A stretch of DNA of 64,000 nt from an uncultured virus (IMG/VR IMGVR_UViG_2061766007_000718) (Duplodnaviria > Heunggongvirae > Uroviricota > Caudoviricetes). Below, piece after piece: positions 62,095 to 64,000 of the stretch. The position numbers were made by a program, and so were the translations under genes. The first letter of the stretch is position 1. Each line of letters opens with the position of its first letter. The stretch lies in the IMG/VR virus record IMGVR_UViG_2061766007_000718. One strand, written 5' to 3'. The notes below the pieces were generated by a model, which did no database searches, was not told where the DNA came from, and saw nothing but the letters and a program-made list of their open reading frames with translations.

Positions 62095-63636
62095 CTATCC
62101 AGCCTGTTCAACTGTCAAGGTTGCAGTCTTTGTTCCAACGGTTACTGTGATGTCACCAGTACGCTTTGCAGAAGTGCCGTTTGCACCTACTGTTACGGTA
62201 ACAGCTCCAGTTGTTTCATTGCGGCTTGCACTCAACCACGAAGAAGCTGCTGCTGCAACTGCTACGCTTGGAGTATTAGTCTTGTCGTTGGTACCAACTG
62301 TGAAAGTCTTGCCAGTAGCATCCGCACTAGCAGTGAACGACAACGAAGTTGGGTTCAATTCTGGCAGATATACAAGCGATGCAATCAAAGCATCCTTGCT
62401 CGACTTGTTCAGGCTGTTGATAGCCTTCTGCAAGTTGGCATCAGTAATGTCGTTTGCCAAAGTTGCGCCAGTTACGGCAGCGTAAGCTGTCATTACTTCG
62501 CTCTTTACATACTGGTGTCCGCCAAAGTCGAAGTTGCTGTCATTTTCAGTCTGCTCCGAACCATCAGTCATTGTAGCATCGAGAATATAGATTGCATCTA
62601 CATTTTCGATTACTGGAAGTACGAGAGCCTGACCTGCTGTGATTTCTTCCATCGGGTCGGTGTTGCCGAAACGGCTGATGAGCTTGTACTGGTCAACTGT
62701 TTGGTAGATTACACCTTCTACAGGGTGGTTCATCTCTGCGAGAGTACCCCATACGAGCTTGCCGACATTCTTGCTAGGAATGAAGACCATTCTGTTGACA
62801 TTGAACGGCTTCCAAGTTGTCTGCTGTCCGTTCTTCTCGCTGATTACCTGACGGTCAATCTCATCAATCTGGATTCCGTTGAACCTGTCGGCAAAAGCTT
62901 CCTTGAAGATTGCAAGACCAGGAGTCTGCAACTGAGTTTCAGCCGTAAATGCCAAGCCTCTGTACGAAGCAACCATTTCCTGTGCCCATCTTTCGTGGCG
63001 GATCTTGTTCAGCAACGCCTTGCTTACTTCAACAAAAGCGAAAGAACGACCCTTTGCTTCTGCTGCGTCAATAATGCGCGAAATGTCATTCTCGCTGATA
63101 TGACCTGCGGTTTCTACACCAAAGGTGTTTTCAGGACGATAGCCGAAGTCGATGCGAAGACCAGTTCCAGTATTGTTGCCGTCATCAACAAGGACAACAC
63201 CATCGGACAATGCCTGCAGGAAGTTTGCCTCGTTCTTTTCGTCAATACCTACTGCTACCTTTACCGGGTCTTCTGCAAGTTTCGACACTATAGTAGTAAA
63301 CGCATCGCCACGCGACCTCATAAGGTCAACTGCATTAAAGTCGCTTTCGGTCATTCTGCGCTTGCTACCAACCTTCGGCAACTTACCGCTTGCTACAGAG
63401 ATTCTGTCGCGCTTCTTGATTGGAAGTGGAGAATCCATTGCAACTACATCTGCAGTAACATAGGTGGTGTCTGCGCTTCCGCTGTTCCACTTCTGGTCAA
63501 CAGAATACTCCTTGGTCAACATCTGCTTGTGCAAATATACAGGGGCATTCGGTTTGCCATTGATTTTCTCAACAATGTTTCCAAGTGACGGAAACATCTT
63601 TTCGATATATTCGCTAAAAAGTGATTTTTGTGCCAT
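62095..63636 (-). CDS. Major capsid protein with C-terminal BACON-like extension
   Basis: ADVVAMDSPLPIKKR..SGKLPKVG, RIDFGY; tail PTSLSF...WL...RTGDITV...VEQAG. Confidence 0.9.
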   Translation of the reverse strand: MAQKSLFSEYIEKMFPSLGNIVEKINGKPNAPVYLHKQMLTKEYSVDQKWNSGSADTTYVTADVVAMDSPLPIKKRDRISVASGKLPKVGSKRRMTESDFNAVDLMRSRGDAFTTIVSKLAEDPVKVAVGIDEKNEANFLQALSDGVVLVDDGNNTGTGLRIDFGYRPENTFGVETAGHISENDISRIIDAAEAKGRSFAFVEVSKALLNKIRHERWAQEMVASYRGLAFTAETQLQTPGLAIFKEAFADRFNGIQIDEIDRQVISEKNGQQTTWKPFNVNRMVFIPSKNVGKLVWGTLAEMNHPVEGVIYQTVDQYKLISRFGNTDPMEEITAGQALVLPVIENVDAIYILDATMTDGSEQTENDSNFDFGGHQYVKSEVMTAYAAVTGATLANDITDANLQKAINSLNKSSKDALIASLVYLPELNPTSLSFTASADATGKTFTVGTNDKTNTPSVAVAAAASSWLSASRNETTGAVTVTVGANGTSAKRTGDITVTVGTKTATLTVEQAG

Positions 63637-63653
63637 AGTTCTTTTTCCTCCAA

Positions 63654-64000
63654 TTAATCGTGTTCAAAAATTAAGGTTGGTACAGCAGACTTCAAAGCAC
63701 TCTTGATGCTCGATACAGGATAAGGACCTGCAACCTCGTTGACGCTTCCTGCGGTCATAATGCCAGCGAATGGCTTCGATACTGGAATGTCGTTTACGAG
63801 AACACCAATGTACTCGTGATTTGCTGGTAGTGAATCGTAAGACGAGCCACTAATAGGCATCGGCTTNNNNNNNNNNNNNNNNNNNNNNNTAATCACGTGA
63901 CCTGCTTTGAGAGTGTCAAGTGAAACATTGTCGCAATCCAAAGTACGACCGCCCTTGATTCCATCTACATACTTTCTAATTACCACAGAACCAGAACCCA
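63654..64000 (-). CDS. Head decoration / head fibre protein (5' end outside the window)
   Basis: VIRKYVDGIKGGRTLD...KAGHVI...KPMP, upstream of the MCP. Confidence 0.75.
   Translation of the reverse strand, partial: GSGSVVIRKYVDGIKGGRTLDCDNVSLDTLKAGHVIXXXXXXXXKPMPISGSSYDSLPANHEYIGVLVNDIPVSKPFAGIMTAGSVNEVAGPYPVSSIKSALKSAVPTLIFEHD

Noticed and set aside
62515..63588. 357 aa plus-strand ORF and similar antisense ORFs (6033-6596, 8201-8908, 54048-54629)
   Set aside because: Shadow frames of well-supported minus-strand genes with no motifs
1..64000. CRISPR array, DGR/retron reverse transcriptase, or genome-wide stop-codon recoding
   Set aside because: No repeat-spacer array and no RT motifs seen; genes translate fully with the standard code and use all three stops

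Overview
A gapped, strain-mixed scaffold holding most of a temperate, siphovirus-type prophage of a Bacteroidales host (TAnnTTTG -7 promoters, BACON domains, PcfJ/PcfK genes). The order is circularly permuted. 1-48689 runs from tail fibre and lysis genes through two separate terminase modules, an accessory paralog array, MuF and portal, replication/recombination genes and the lysogeny switch to the integrase and attR. About 2.3 kb of host fragments follow (adhesin-like gene, lplA, 5' end of a probable tRNA-Phe). attL and the tail/head operon (51012-64000) come last. Most notable: (1) two CdiA-CT-like nuclease domains, each followed by a convergent promoter-driven, structured small-RNA candidate; (2) two dissimilar TerS/TerL pairs, one linked to a ParB-glycosyltransferase-glycosyltransferase-RarA C-terminal cassette; (3) a GTGTTT-N7-AAACAC palindrome at fixed distance from the -7 box of six dispersed, mostly late, operons; (4) an orphan att-arm-like site at 18.1 kb; (5) five YopX paralogs, one with an in-frame TGA. 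All family calls are by motif recognition only, with no database searches, and many genes span N gaps.
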